DNA of 64,000 nucleotides from Eledone cirrhosa (taxonomy: Eukaryota), in NCBI GenBank assembly GCA_964016885.1, contig OZ024766.1:1798001-1862000 (forward strand), read 5' to 3'. The translations under genes and the position numbers were made by a program. Position 1 is the stretch's first letter, and each line of letters begins with the position of its first letter. Positions 1 through 12,459 of this stretch are shown piece by piece. The notes beneath the pieces were generated by a model. That model saw only the letters and a program-made list of their open reading frames with translations. It was not told the origin of the DNA and did not search any database.

Positions 1-1200
1 TGTGGGCTGGGTGCTTTTTTTTCCGTGGCACCTACACGTCCACTTTACAGTGTGGGCTGAGTGCTTTTTCGTGGCACCTACACGTCCACTTTACAGTGTG
101 GGCTGGGTGCTTTTTTGTGATGCCTACACATCCACTTTACAGTGTGGGCTGGGTGCTTTTTTGTGGTGCCTACACGTCCACTTTACAGTGTGGGCTGGGT
201 GCTTTTTTGTGGCACCTACACGTCCACTTTACAGTGTGGGCTGGGTGCTTTTTTGTGGTGCCTACACGTCCACTTTACAGTGTGGGCTGGGTGCTTTTTT
301 GTTGTGCATACACGTCCACTTTACAGTGTGGGCTGGGTGCTTTTTTGTGGTGCATACACGTCCACTTTACAGTGTGGGCTGAGTGCTTTTTTGTGGCACC
401 TACACGTCCACTTTACAGTGTGGGCTGGGTGCTTTTTTGTGGTGCCTACACGTCCACTTTACAGTGTGGGCTGGGTGCTTTTTTGTGGCACCTACACGTC
501 CACTTTACAGTGTGGGCTGGGTGCTTTTTTGTGGTGCCTACACGTCCACTTTACAGTGTGGGCTGGGTGCTTTTTTGTGGCACCTACACGTCCACTTTAC
601 AGTGTGGGCTGGGTGCTTTTTTGTGGTGCCTACACGTCCACTTTACAGTGTGGGCTGGGTGCTTTTTTGTTGTGCATACACGTCCACTTTACAGTGTGGG
701 CTGGGTGCTTTTTTGTGGTGCCTACACGTCCACTTTACAGTGTGGGCTGAGTGCTTTTTCGTGGCACCTACACGTCCACTTTACAGTGTGGGCTGGGTGC
801 TTTTTTGTGATGCCTACACATCCACTTTACAGTGTGGGCTGGGTGCTTTTTTGTGGTGCCTACACGTCCACTTTACAGTGTGGGCTGGGTGCTTTTTTGT
901 GGCACCTACACGTCCACTTTACAGTGTGGGCTGGGTGCTTTTTTGTGGTGCCTACACGTCCACTTTACAGTGTGGGCTGGGTGCTTTTTTGTTGTGCATA
1001 CACGTCCACTTTACAGTGTGGGCTGGGTGCTTTTTTGTGGTGCATACACGTCCACTTTACAGTGTGGGCTGGGTGCTTTTTTGTGGTGCCTACACGTCCA
1101 CTTTACAGTGTGGGCTGGGTGCTTTTTTGTGGTGCATACACGTCCACTTTACAGTGTGGGTTGGGTGCTTTTTTGCCGTGACACCTCCATGACCACCTTG
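1..1200. repeat. 46-bp minisatellite (about 26 units, open at the window start), SINE-derived
   Basis: Unit ACAGTGTGGGCTGGGTGCTTTTTTGTGGTGCCTACACGTCCACTTT. Confidence 0.95.
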
Positions 1201-1363
1201 CGGTGGGGGGTGTGGGGGCATATTGTCTATATGCTTCAGCTTGTACCCATGGGGGGTCGGGTACTCTGTATTACTGCGTGACGCCAGAGGTCACGGTCGT
1301 GTGTCATCGCCTTTGAGAGGTGTAATTGGGTAATTACATCATCATCATTATTATTATTATTAT

Positions 1364-1825
1364 TGGCAGTATCGGTAGAGGGTCGGACGCCACGCTTTGA
1401 CGCATAGAGTTACGGCCCTTGCCATTCTGAGTTCAAATCCCGCCGAGGTTAACTTTGCCTTTTATTCTTTTACGGGGTCGATAAAATAAAGTACCAGTGA
1501 TACACTGGGGTAATTGCTGGCCTTGTGCCAACAGTAGAAACAACTATTATTATTATCATTTTTTTTTTTTTTTCGGCAGTTTTGGTAGAGGGTCGGACGC
1601 CGTGCTTAGCAGCATAGAGTTACGGCCCTTTACGGTCTGAGTTCAAATCCCGCTTTTCATCCTTTCGTTCTATAGTAAAATAATTGTTTCTACTGTTGGC
1701 ACAAGGCCAGCAATTACCCCAGTGTATTACTGGTACTTTATTTTATCAACCCCGTAAAAGAATAAAAGGCAAAGTTAACCTCGGCGGGATTTGAACTCGA
1801 CCATAAAGGGACGTAACTCTTTGCT
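1364..1825. mobile_element. tRNA-derived SINE cluster (family 1; + copies 1364-1545 and 1575-1665, - copy 1683-1825)
   Basis: B-box GAGTTCAAATCC, body CCGAGGTTAACTTTGCCTTT..GTCGATAAAATAAAGTACCAGT, (ATT)n tail. Confidence 0.85.
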
Positions 1826-1835
1826 ATTATATATA

Positions 1836-2320
1836 TAATTTTTTTAAATTTAAAAAAAAAATTTTTTTAATTTTTAAAAAATTTTTTTTAAATTTTTATT
1901 TTAATTTCAATAATTTTTTATTTCTTTAAAAATTACTTATCTCTTAAAAAATTATTTAAAAAAAAATTTTTTTCAATTTTTAAAAAATTTTTTTTAAATT
2001 TTAATTTTAATTTCAATAATTTTTTATTTCTTTAAAAATTACTTATCTCTTAAAAAATTATTTAAAAAAAAATTTTTTTCAATTTTTAAAAAATTTTTTT
2101 TAAATTTTAATTTTAATTTCAATAATTTTTTTATTTCTTTAAAAATTACTTATCTTTTAAAAAATTATTTTAAAAAAAATTTTTTTAATTTTTAAAAAAT
2201 TTTTTTTAAATTTTAATTTTAATTTCAATAATTTTTTATTTCTTTAAAAATTACTTATCTCTTAAAAAATTATTTAAAAAAAATTTTTTTTCAATTTTCT
2301 CAAATTTTTTTTCAAAATTT
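1836..2320. repeat. AT-rich tandem repeat of about 106 bp (about 4.5 units)
   Basis: AATTACTTATCT recurs at about 1931, 2037, 2144 and 2249. Confidence 0.85.
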
Positions 2321-2594
2321 GATCGTTTTAACACTTTGTATGTATATATATGTATGTATATGTATCTATAACCATCATACCAACAATCCAATCTATTCGT
2401 TACATATGCATGTGTGTGTTTGAGTATATTGAATATTCTCACTTCAAAGGCTTTTTCCAATTGAAGTGTGATCATTGAATACAATACTTGATAAAGCATG
2501 TCCAGATCTGTCTAATTACAAAGGGAATATGAATGTAAAGGCAGAGTAACAAAAAAGTCAATAAAAACTTATTGCTCCTTACCACATAATAATT

Positions 2595-3447
2595 ACAAAA
2601 CAACACTATGACTACATCACATTAAATATTAAAGTATTTACTGTAATACTGTAAATTGTCACAACAATCTGTCCACCAGTAAAGATACTATAAACATTTA
2701 GTACAAAACAACACTATGACTACATCACATTAAATATTAAAGTCTTTACTGTAATACTGTAAATTGTCACAACAATCTGTCCACCAGTAAAGATACTATA
2801 AACATTTAGTACAAAACAACACTATGACTACATCACATTAAATATTAAAGTATTTACTGTAATACTGTAAATATTCACAACAATCTGTCCACCAGTAAAG
2901 ATACTATAAACATTTAGTACAAAACAACACTATGACTACATCACATTAAATATTAAAGTCTTTACTGTAATACTGTAAATATTCACAACAATCTGTCCAC
3001 CAGTAAAGATACTATAAACATTTAGTACAAAACAACACTATGACTACATCACATTAAATATTAAAGTATTTACTGTAATACTGTAAATATTCACAACAAT
3101 CTGTCCACCAGTAAAGATACTATAAACATTTAGTACAAAACAACACTATGACTACATCACATTAAATATTAAAGTCTTTACTGTAATACTGTAAATATTC
3201 ACAACAATCTGTCCACCAGTAAAGATACTATAAACATTTAGTACAAAACAACACTATGACTATATCACATTAAATATTAAAGTATTTACTGTAATACTGT
3301 AAATTGTCACAACAATCTGTCCACCAGTAAAGATACTATAAACATTTAGTACAAAACAACACTATGACTACATCACATTAAATATTAAAGTCTTTACTGT
3401 AATACTGTAAATTGTCACAACAATCTGTCCACCAGTAAAGATACTAC
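2595..3447. repeat. 108-bp tandem repeat (about 8 units)
   Basis: CAACACTATGACTACATCAC at 2601, 2709, 2817 and onward. Confidence 0.93.
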
Positions 3448-3539
3448 AGGATGGGGCATGTGTTTGAAAACAAATAAAAATGCTTTTAATAACAAAACCA
3501 CTAACTTTATTGACTTCTAATAGCCTATGCATAATTTAT

Positions 3540-4520
3540 ACATTAATATCTTTATATGGTCTTGACTGTGTTAATTGGATGACAAGGTCACTTCAGAAGC
3601 TCTTTACATTCCAGAACCACATCATGAGACTTATGACTGGCAAGTGGCTCATTGACCGTATCTGTATCAGTGAGCTGTTCAATATTACCAGACTTAGACC
3701 AATTACATCAATTGTCAAGTCAAGAGTACTCAAACTATGCAGTCATATAAAAAGATCAACTCGTGGTGTGAGTAGGTTATGTCTGGAAGGAAGGATGGCT
3801 GGTAAGAGAAGCAGAGGCCGGCAGCCAAAACAATGGCTTGATAATGTCAACTTATGGACTGGACTTGATCTTTGCTCTTTAAACTCTGCTGTTGGTGATC
3901 AAAAGGTATTATATATTACTGGAAGGAAGGTTGGCTGGTAAAAGAAGCAGAGGCCGGCAGCCAAAATGATGGCTTGATAATGTCAACTTATGGACTGGAC
4001 TTGATCTTTGCTCTTTAAACTCTGCTGCTGGTGATCAAAAGGTATTATATATTCCTGGAAGGAAGGTTGGCTGGTAAGAGAAGCAGAGGCCGGCAGCCAA
4101 AACAATGGCTTGATAATGTCAACTTATGGACTGGACTTGATCTTTGCTCTTTAAACTCTGCTGCTGGTGATCAAAAGGTATTATATATTCCTGGAAGGAA
4201 GGTTGGCTGGTAAGAGAAGCAGAGGCCGGCAGCCAAAACAATGGCTTGACAATGTCAACTTATGGACTGGACTTGATCTTTGCTCTTTAAACTCTGCTGC
4301 TGGTGATCAAAAGGTATTATATATTCCTGGAAGGAAGGTTGGCTGGTAAGAGAAGCAGAGGCCGGCAGCCAAAACAATGGCTTGATCATGTCAACTTTTT
4401 AGTTTTAGTATAATTAGAATTTTGGGCAATTGGCTCAGCATCCGAATCTGTATTAGTGAGCTGCTCAACATTACCAGACTTAGATCAATTACATCAATTG
4501 TCAAGTCAAGAATGCTTAAA
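3540..4520 (+). mobile_element. RTE-like LINE 3' fragment with a 136-bp tandem amplification (about 4.5 units, 3785-4397)
   Basis: Repeated LEGRxAGKRSRGRQPKQWLDNV, typical of the RT C-terminal region. Confidence 0.75.
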
Positions 4521-5454
4521 CTGTCGCTCATCAACGCTACTGCTAACATGTAACCCAGTACAAGCTGTGCATGGTTGTGTTGTCAGCGACTAAATGGGCA
4601 ACCCCCCAAGCTTGCTGGGTGACGAAGGGGATTTTGAACACCCTGCGGTATATATATATATACATACATACATATGTATGTATACACACATATATATACA
4701 CATATATACATATATATATGATATGATGATGGCTGCCCCCTCGTTATCGAGTATGGCCATTGCACGAGAAAAAAAAAAAATATAATAATAATAAAAAAAT
4801 AAATAAATAAATAAAATAAATAAAAATAAATAAAAATAAAAAATAAAAATATATATATATATATATACACACGTGTATATATATGTGTGTGTGTATAGAT
4901 ATGTTTATGTGTGTGCGTGTGTGTGTATGTATGTATGTATATGTATATTATTATTGTTGCTGTTGTCATTATTATTGTTGTTATTATTATTATTATTATT
5001 GTTATTAATGTATGTGTATGTGTGTATGTTTATATGTATGTACATATATATATACACATATATACATATATATATATCTATACGCACACACATATATACA
5101 CATACACATATATATACATACTTATATATATGTATATATATATATGTATGTATGTGTATATATGTGTATGTGTGTGTGTATATATATATATATATATACA
5201 CAGATATTCATACATATATATACACAGATATACATTCATACATATATATATACACACACACATATATATATACACATATATACATACATACATACACACA
5301 CACGTATATATAAACATATATATGTAGAAGTTCTATTTAAATTGTTGGGATACAACAAGCAAATATTTTTATAACTAATATAAAGCACTCAACAAATTTT
5401 TGGAGTAATATATCGTATAAACATATATATATATTTTATCTCTCTCTTCTGCAG

Positions 5455-5643
5455 GAGACCCAAGAGAACAAGTGTGGTAAACTGACGAAGGTGTCCCCTA
5501 GTAAAGTAAGCAGTAAAGCACCCAAGCCACAATACCCCAGGGTATGGCAGGGTCAAGTGAAACTCACCAAACTCAAGACTGTTGTGGCATTCTCCAAGAA
5601 ACGACCAAAAACCAAAAAAAACACAAAGAAACCCGAAGATTAG
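5455..5643 (+). CDS. Candidate terminal coding exon of an unidentified upstream gene (ETQENKCGKL...KKPED*)
   Basis: Strong pyrimidine tract and CAG at 5452-5454, then 62 open non-repetitive codons ending in TAG; no family recognised. Confidence 0.45.
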   Translation, partial: ETQENKCGKLTKVSPSKVSSKAPKPQYPRVWQGQVKLTKLKTVVAFSKKRPKTKKNTKKPED

Positions 5644-5679
5644 CTTTTTTTTTCTGTGAAATGAACTCACATACATAGA

Positions 5680-6100
5680 TTGGCAGTATCGGTAGAGGGT
5701 CGGACGCCATGCTTTGAAGCATAGAGTTACCTCCCTGTATGATCTGAGTTCAAATCCCGCCGAGGTTAACTTTGCCTTTCACCCTTACGGGATCGATAAA
5801 ATAAAGTACCAGTAATGCACTGGGGTAATTGCTGGCCTTGTGCCAAAAGTAGAAACAATTATTTTCCCACATCTTACGTTAATTATCTTCCATTTTCACG
5901 TTATAGTCACTTACATATTATCAGTATCGGTAGAGGGTCGGACGCCATGCTTTGACGCATAGAGTTACGGCCCTTGCCATTCTGAGTTCAAATCCTGCCA
6001 AGGTTAACTTTGCCTTTCATCCTTACGGGGGTCGAAAAATAAAATACCAGTAATGCAATGGGGTTATTTGCTGGCCTTGTGCCAAAAGTAGAAACAATTA
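5680..6100 (+). mobile_element. Two family 1 SINE copies
   Basis: Same head, B-box and body as 1364-1545. Confidence 0.85.
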
Positions 6101-6114
6101 TGAAATACTGTTGG

Positions 6115-7020
6115 CTTCACGCTCAGAGTTGCTGAAGCATGGAACAAACTCCCTGCATCAGTTGTTAGCTGCCGAGACACTGCATCCTTTAAGGCCTCCA
6201 TGGAACAAACTCCCTGCATCAGTTGTTAGCTGTCGAGACACTGCATCCTTTAAGGCCTCCATGGAACAAACTCCCTGCATCAGTTGTTAGCTGTCGAGAC
6301 ACTGCATCCTTTAAAACCTCCATGGCACAAACTCCCTGCATCAGTTGTTAGCTGTCGAGACACTGCATCCTTTAAGGCCTCCATGGAACAAACTCCCTGC
6401 ATCAGTTGTTAGCTGTCGAGACACTGCATCCTTTAAAACCTCCATGGCACAAACTCCCTGCATCAGTTGTTAGCTGTCGAGACACTGCATCCTTTAAGGC
6501 CTCCATGGAACAAACTCCCTGCATCAGTTGTTAGCTGTCGAGACACTGCATCCTTTAAGGCCTCCATGGAACAAACTCCCTGCATCAGTTGTTAGCTGTC
6601 GAGACACTGCATCCTTTAAGGCCTCCATGGAACAAACTCCCTGCATCAGTTGTTAGCTGTCGAGACACTGCATCCTTTAAGGCCTCCATGGAACAAACTA
6701 CCTGCATCAGTTGTTAGCTGTCGAGACACTGCATCCTTTAAGGCCTCCATGGAACAAACTTCCTGCATCAGTTGTTAGCTGTCGAGACACTTCATCCTTT
6801 AAGGCCTCCATGCTTCCCGAGATCCGCCAACACTACAGCTAACACATACACACATGTACTTCCCTGACATTTGTGTATTATTCTATGTTAAAGTACCAGT
6901 AATACACTGGCTAATTGCTGGCCTTGTGCCTAACGTAGAAACAATTATTCTATGTACTATACATACACCTTTGACGAGTTGTAGTGCAGCTGAGCACTTT
7001 ACACAATAATTTCATTATTA
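6115..7020 (+). repeat. 61-bp tandem array (about 11 units, 6138-6810) derived from a CR1-like 3' end, followed by its 3' UTR
   Basis: Unit CATGGAACAAACTCCCTGCATCAGTTGTTAGCTGTCGAGACACTGCATCCTTTAAGGCCTC matches the reverse complement of 44050-44190. Confidence 0.88.
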
Positions 7021-7024
7021 TAAG

Positions 7025-7222
7025 GGCAGTGGATTAGCAGTATCAGTAGAGGGTCGGACGCCATGCTTTCCAGCATAGTTACGTCCCTTTACGATCTGAG
7101 TTCAAATCCCGCCGAAGTTGACTTTGCCTTTCATCCTTACGGGGTCGATAAAATAAAGTACCAGTAATGCACTGGGTAATTGCTGGCCTTGTGCATATTG
7201 TGCCTAAAGTGGAAACAATTAT
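7025..7222 (+). mobile_element. Family 1 SINE
   Basis: B-box and conserved body. Confidence 0.85.
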
Positions 7223-8138
7223 TTATTATAATCTCTATACTTTCATTTATATTTATACTCGGAATTTTTTCCTAGAATGCTTAAAATTATTTGTGACTAA
7301 TCCGGGTCTTTTAAAAAAAAACAATAAAAACCCCCCCTCCCATAATTTTGCTATCTTTGTTGAACTCCTTACATTTGTTAGAGTTATTTTCCTGAATGTT
7401 TTTTAACTGCTGTTTCCTGTAAACAGACATTCACCTCTTTATGACGTCACCAGTCTCTCCATGTGCGTTTATTTTCATATTTACGCATGAGTTGAACTCG
7501 CCTGCTTTTAACCCCCACCCCACCCCACCCTTTTTGGGGGGGTTTGGCAGCAGTGGTGGCTTACCTTTATCTTGTCTCAGCTCTACTGATGATCAGCGGT
7601 TCCGACCGTGACCATCCCCACTGAAAGTTTCGTTAAAATGGGTCTTTTTTCAAAGACTATACAGAGCATTTGAAGTTATTCCATATTGAACGATGAGTAT
7701 TTAAACTTTATTTTATTCAGAGTTAAGTCTTCATTGATTTTTCCATGGATTTCACTAAATTCTGTTGAATGAAATCTATTTCTTGATTTATTTTTTAATT
7801 GAGTTTGAATTATTTTCCCACATTTTACGTTAATTATTTTTCCATTTTGACGTTAGAGTCACTTATATGTTGTGGAATACTGTTGGCTTCTTGCTCATAA
7901 TAGTATATATATATTTATATATATGTATGTATGTATATATATATATATATATATATAGTAATAATAATAAATTTGAAGACTAAAATCCAAAGAGGGCTCG
8001 ATAATATCGTTAATCTGTTATTTTAATAAATATATATATATATATATATTTATACATACATATATATATACATACATATATATATATACGTATATGTGTA
8101 TGTATGTATGTATGTATATGTGTATGTATGTATATGTG

Positions 8139-8173
<35 letters not shown>

Positions 8174-8283
8174 TTATATCAACTAAATTGTAGTGTATTA
8201 CTGTATTCATATATATATATGTGTGTGTGTGTGTGTTTATACCAACTAAATTGTAGTGTATGACTGTATTCATATATATATAC

Positions 8284-8339
<56 letters not shown>

Positions 8340-8801
8340 AGGTGCATTATTGGTTGTGTAAAATGGTCCAATAACTTTATGTTAGCAATATTAAGTTCTC
8401 CACACTTTTGTATATCTCCATTCAAGGGAACAGCTAGATGTATATATATATATATATTTGTATATATATATATATATATATATAAATATATTGTAGATAA
8501 ATCTACCAAGAGTTTACGGTAGTGTCCAATCCGTATGAAGAACTCAATGTATTCCGGATATCATGGAAAGAAGAGATGTAATGAAAAATCACTTTCGGTG
8601 AAAGATAAACGGTATACAGAGTCAAGATAAAATATTAAACAAATAATGAATAAACAATGAAACAGTTCCTTATATTAAACAAAAAAAGTTCATGAACTTT
8701 TTTTGTTTAATATAAGGAACTGTTTCATTGTTTATTCATTATTTGTTTAATATTTTATATATAAATATATATATATATATATATAAATATATATATATAT
8801 G

Positions 8802-8835
<34 letters not shown>

Positions 8836-9009
8836 TATCAAAATGAAAATATGAAGGCAAGGTAAAATTCCAATCATTTAATCACGACACACGTTTCAAT
8901 AAGAGATAGATCGATTGTGAAGCCACGATCTATCTCTTATTGATTTATTGAAACGTGTGTCGTGATTAAATGATTGGAATTTTACCTTGCCTTCGTATTT
9001 TCATTTTTA

Positions 9010-9477
9010 TATTTATATATATATATATGTGTATGTATGTTTGTATATATATATATGTGTATGTATGTATGTATATATATATATGTGTATGTATGTATGT
9101 ATATATATATATGTGTATGTATGTATGTATATATATATATGTGTATGTATGTATGTATATATATATATGTGTATGTATGTATGTATATATATATATGTGT
9201 ATGTATGTATATATATATGTGTATGTATGTATGTATATATATATGTTTATGTATGTATGTATATATATATATGTGTATGTATGTATGTATATATATATAT
9301 GTGTATGTATGTATGTATATATATATGTGTATGTATGTATGTATATATATATGTGTATGTATGTATATATATATGTGTATGTATGTATGTATATATATAT
9401 GTGTATGTATGTATATATATATGTGTATGTATGTATATATATATGTGTATGTATGTATATATATATGTGTATGTATG

Positions 9478-9510
<33 letters not shown>

Positions 9511-10161
9511 GTATGTATATATATGTATATATATATATATGTGTATGTATGTATGTATATATATGTATATATATATATATGTGTATGTATGTATATATAT
9601 GTGTATGTATGTATATATATGTGTATGTATGTATGTATATATATGTGTATGTATGTATGTATATATATGTGTATGTATGTATGTATATATATATGTATGT
9701 ATGTATATATATATGTATGTATGTATGTATATATATGTGTATGTATGTATGTATATATATGTGTATGTATGTATGTATATATATGTGTATGTATATATAT
9801 ATATGTGTATGTATATATATATATGTGTATGTATATATATATATGTGTGTATGTATGTATATATATATGTGTATGTATGTATATATATATGTGTGTGTAT
9901 GTATGTATATATATATGTGTATGTATGTATATATATATATGTGTGTATGTATGTATATATATATATGTGTGTATGTATGTATATATATATATGTGTATGT
10001 ATATATATATATATGTGTATGTATATATATATATATGTGTATGTATATATATATATATGTGTGTATGTATATATATATATATATGTGTGTATGTATGTAT
10101 ATATATATATATGTGTATGTATGTATGTATATATATATGTGTATGTATGTATGTATATATA

Positions 10162-10194
<33 letters not shown>

Positions 10195-10740
10195 ATATAT
10201 ATATATATATATATGTGTGTATGTATGTATGTATATATATATATATATATATGTGTGTATGTATGTATGTATATATATATATATGTGTATGTATGTATAT
10301 ATATATATATATGTGTATGTATGTATATATATATATATATATATGTGTATGTATGTATATATATATATATATGTGTGTATGTATGTATATATATATATAT
10401 ATATGTGTGTATGTATGTATATATATATATATATATGTGTGTATGTATGTATATATATATATATATATATATGTGTGTATGTATGTATGTATATATATAT
10501 GTGTGTATGTATGTATATATATATATGTGTATGTATGTATGTATATATATATATGTGTATGTATGTATGTATATATATATATGTGTGTGTATGTATGTAT
10601 GTATATATATATATGTGTGTGTATGTATGTATGTATATATATGTATATATATGTATATATATATATGTATGTATATATATATATATGTATGTATATATAT
10701 GTGTATGTATATATATGTATATATATATATATGTATGTAT

Positions 10741-10778
<38 letters not shown>

Positions 10779-10845
10779 GTATGTATATATATATGTATAT
10801 ATATATGTATGTATGTATATATGTATGTATGTATGTATATATGTA

Positions 10846-10880
<35 letters not shown>

Positions 10881-10974
10881 GCAGAGGTTATATTTAATTT
10901 GGGATGCAACAAGCTTAAAAATATTTTTATAACTGATATAAAGCACTCAACAAATGGAAACTATATTTATAAAA

Positions 10975-11031
<57 letters not shown>

Positions 11032-11066
11032 AAACATATATGTATATGTATGTATGAATGTGTATG

Positions 11067-11110
<44 letters not shown>
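9010..11110. repeat. (TA)/(TATG) compound microsatellite
   Basis: Direct inspection; similar tracts at 4650-5320, 14910-15985, 18195-18785, 27760-28700, 33205-34452, 36730-37480, 46230-47945 and 54110-55680. Confidence 0.97.
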
Positions 11111-11763
11111 ACGAAGGAAATGTGGTAAGGAACCAGGTGGACCATAACGCACCAAAGTACTCAATACTTAGGGTAGTAGAGTGGGTGATAGGAACGAGTA
11201 GGACCCCGACGGCAGAGCTCAAGCCGTTTCGCCGGCTAATTCTGGACTAAATGAAAACGTTCATTTAGTCCAGAATTAGCCGGCGAAACGGCTTGAGCTC
11301 TGCCGTCGGGGTCCTACTCGTTCCTATAATAAGCTGCTGTAGCTTGCTTGAAGCAGTGTATATAATATGTCTTTGTAATGTGATATAAGGCTGAAGAACG
11401 AAAAATGGAGGGTTAACGCAAAAGTTTGTTACCCGATAATCTTTTTTTTTCTAGCTGTTGAGACTGCAGGAACTCTGATACTCGTCGGATTCCCAGCTGG
11501 TAACTCCCTAAACTGATTAACACCTCCACCAAAGTTCTTAGTAGGGTTGTTCAGGGGCTGAGGCCTCGGAGAAACAACACCACCCGTTCGGCTTTTCCCC
11601 CTGTTTGCAGAGCGAACGACTTGTGGGCACGAGTTGCCTCCCTTGAAATGATATATCAGATTTATCTCCCTTGAATATTTCATTTGTTTAATCAAGTCTC
11701 GTTGAAGCTTATTTTTACACACGCACGCACACACATATATAAATATATATATGTCTATACTTT

Positions 11764-11806
<43 letters not shown>

Positions 11807-12309
11807 TCTATACTTTTGTGTGTATATATATATATATATATGCATATAAATATATATATAAAAATATATATATATATATATATTATATATAACATTTACA
11901 TTACTCTATATATACTATTATATTTTCGCAGTAAAAGCTTTACCTCATAATATTGAATCTATGAGATTTTGATATTATTTATTTTGAGAAAAATACCTTA
12001 ACATCAGTATGACCAGCCAGTTATGGTTGGTTTGAACAGAAAGAGGTGAGAAAACTCTGGCAGGATATGGCCAGTTTAAATGCTAAAGTGATATATATAT
12101 ATATATATATCTGCAGAGGTTATATTTAATTTAAACATTTTTATAACTGATATAAAGCACTCAACAGCTCAGTGGAGTAAATATACATACTCACTCATAA
12201 TTTTGTATCAGCCTCAATAAATGTACTATCTCCACTATCCAGGAAGCTCCAACCGTTAAGGTTGTCTTTTTTTCCAGGTATATCAATATTTATTTATAAA
12301 ACAAATCTG

Positions 12310-12375
12310 TATTTTATTTGATGAAAGCGCACCATAATCTGCCTTGGTTGCCCTTGAAATATGTATAATAAAATA
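12310..12375 (+). ncRNA. Type I hammerhead ribozyme motif, family A (C3U variant)
   Basis: TATTTTAT-TTGATGA-stem II-GAA-ATATGTAT-A-ATAAAATA. Confidence 0.6.
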
Positions 12376-12417
12376 AATATGGTTTTATAAATATAGTTTC
12401 CATTTATTAATATATTG

Positions 12418-12450
<33 letters not shown>

Positions 12451-12459
12451 GAATGTATG

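Noticed and set aside
2-1281. Overlapping repetitive ORFs, or a possible CRISPR-like array
   Set aside because: Head-to-tail 46-bp units with no unique spacers, no cas genes, and a eukaryotic context
1364-1445. tRNA gene (A/B box-like head)
   Set aside because: No complete cloverleaf or terminator; followed by a constant body in many copies, so it is a SINE
2251-2499. 82-aa minus-strand ORF
   Set aside because: Runs into microsatellite and AT repeat; no motif or clear splice sites
4535-4650. GC-richer repeat (inverted relative at 49815-49940) considered as an HDV-like ribozyme
   Set aside because: Could not assign the nested double pseudoknot by eye; left as an unclassified retroposon fragment
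5497-5520. CTGACGA-AGG..CCT as a hammerhead
   Set aside because: No GAAA or NUH after the stem; lies inside the candidate exon
7587-7632. CTGATGA..GAAAG hammerhead-like words and a nearby TGACGTCA (CRE) at 7442
   Set aside because: Stems I and III cannot be formed; a single 8-mer is expected by chance in 64 kb
8966-11030. Very long ORFs rich in Y/I/H/T or Y/I/C/V/M (also at 14.9-16, 27.7-28.7, 33-34.5, 36.6-37.5 and 54-55 kb)
   Set aside because: Translations of stop-free (TA)/(TG)/(CA) microsatellites; not proteins
11429-11720. Non-repetitive minus-strand ORF segment beside the family B hairpin
   Set aside because: No recognisable domain or splice signals; may be element-derived but unsupported
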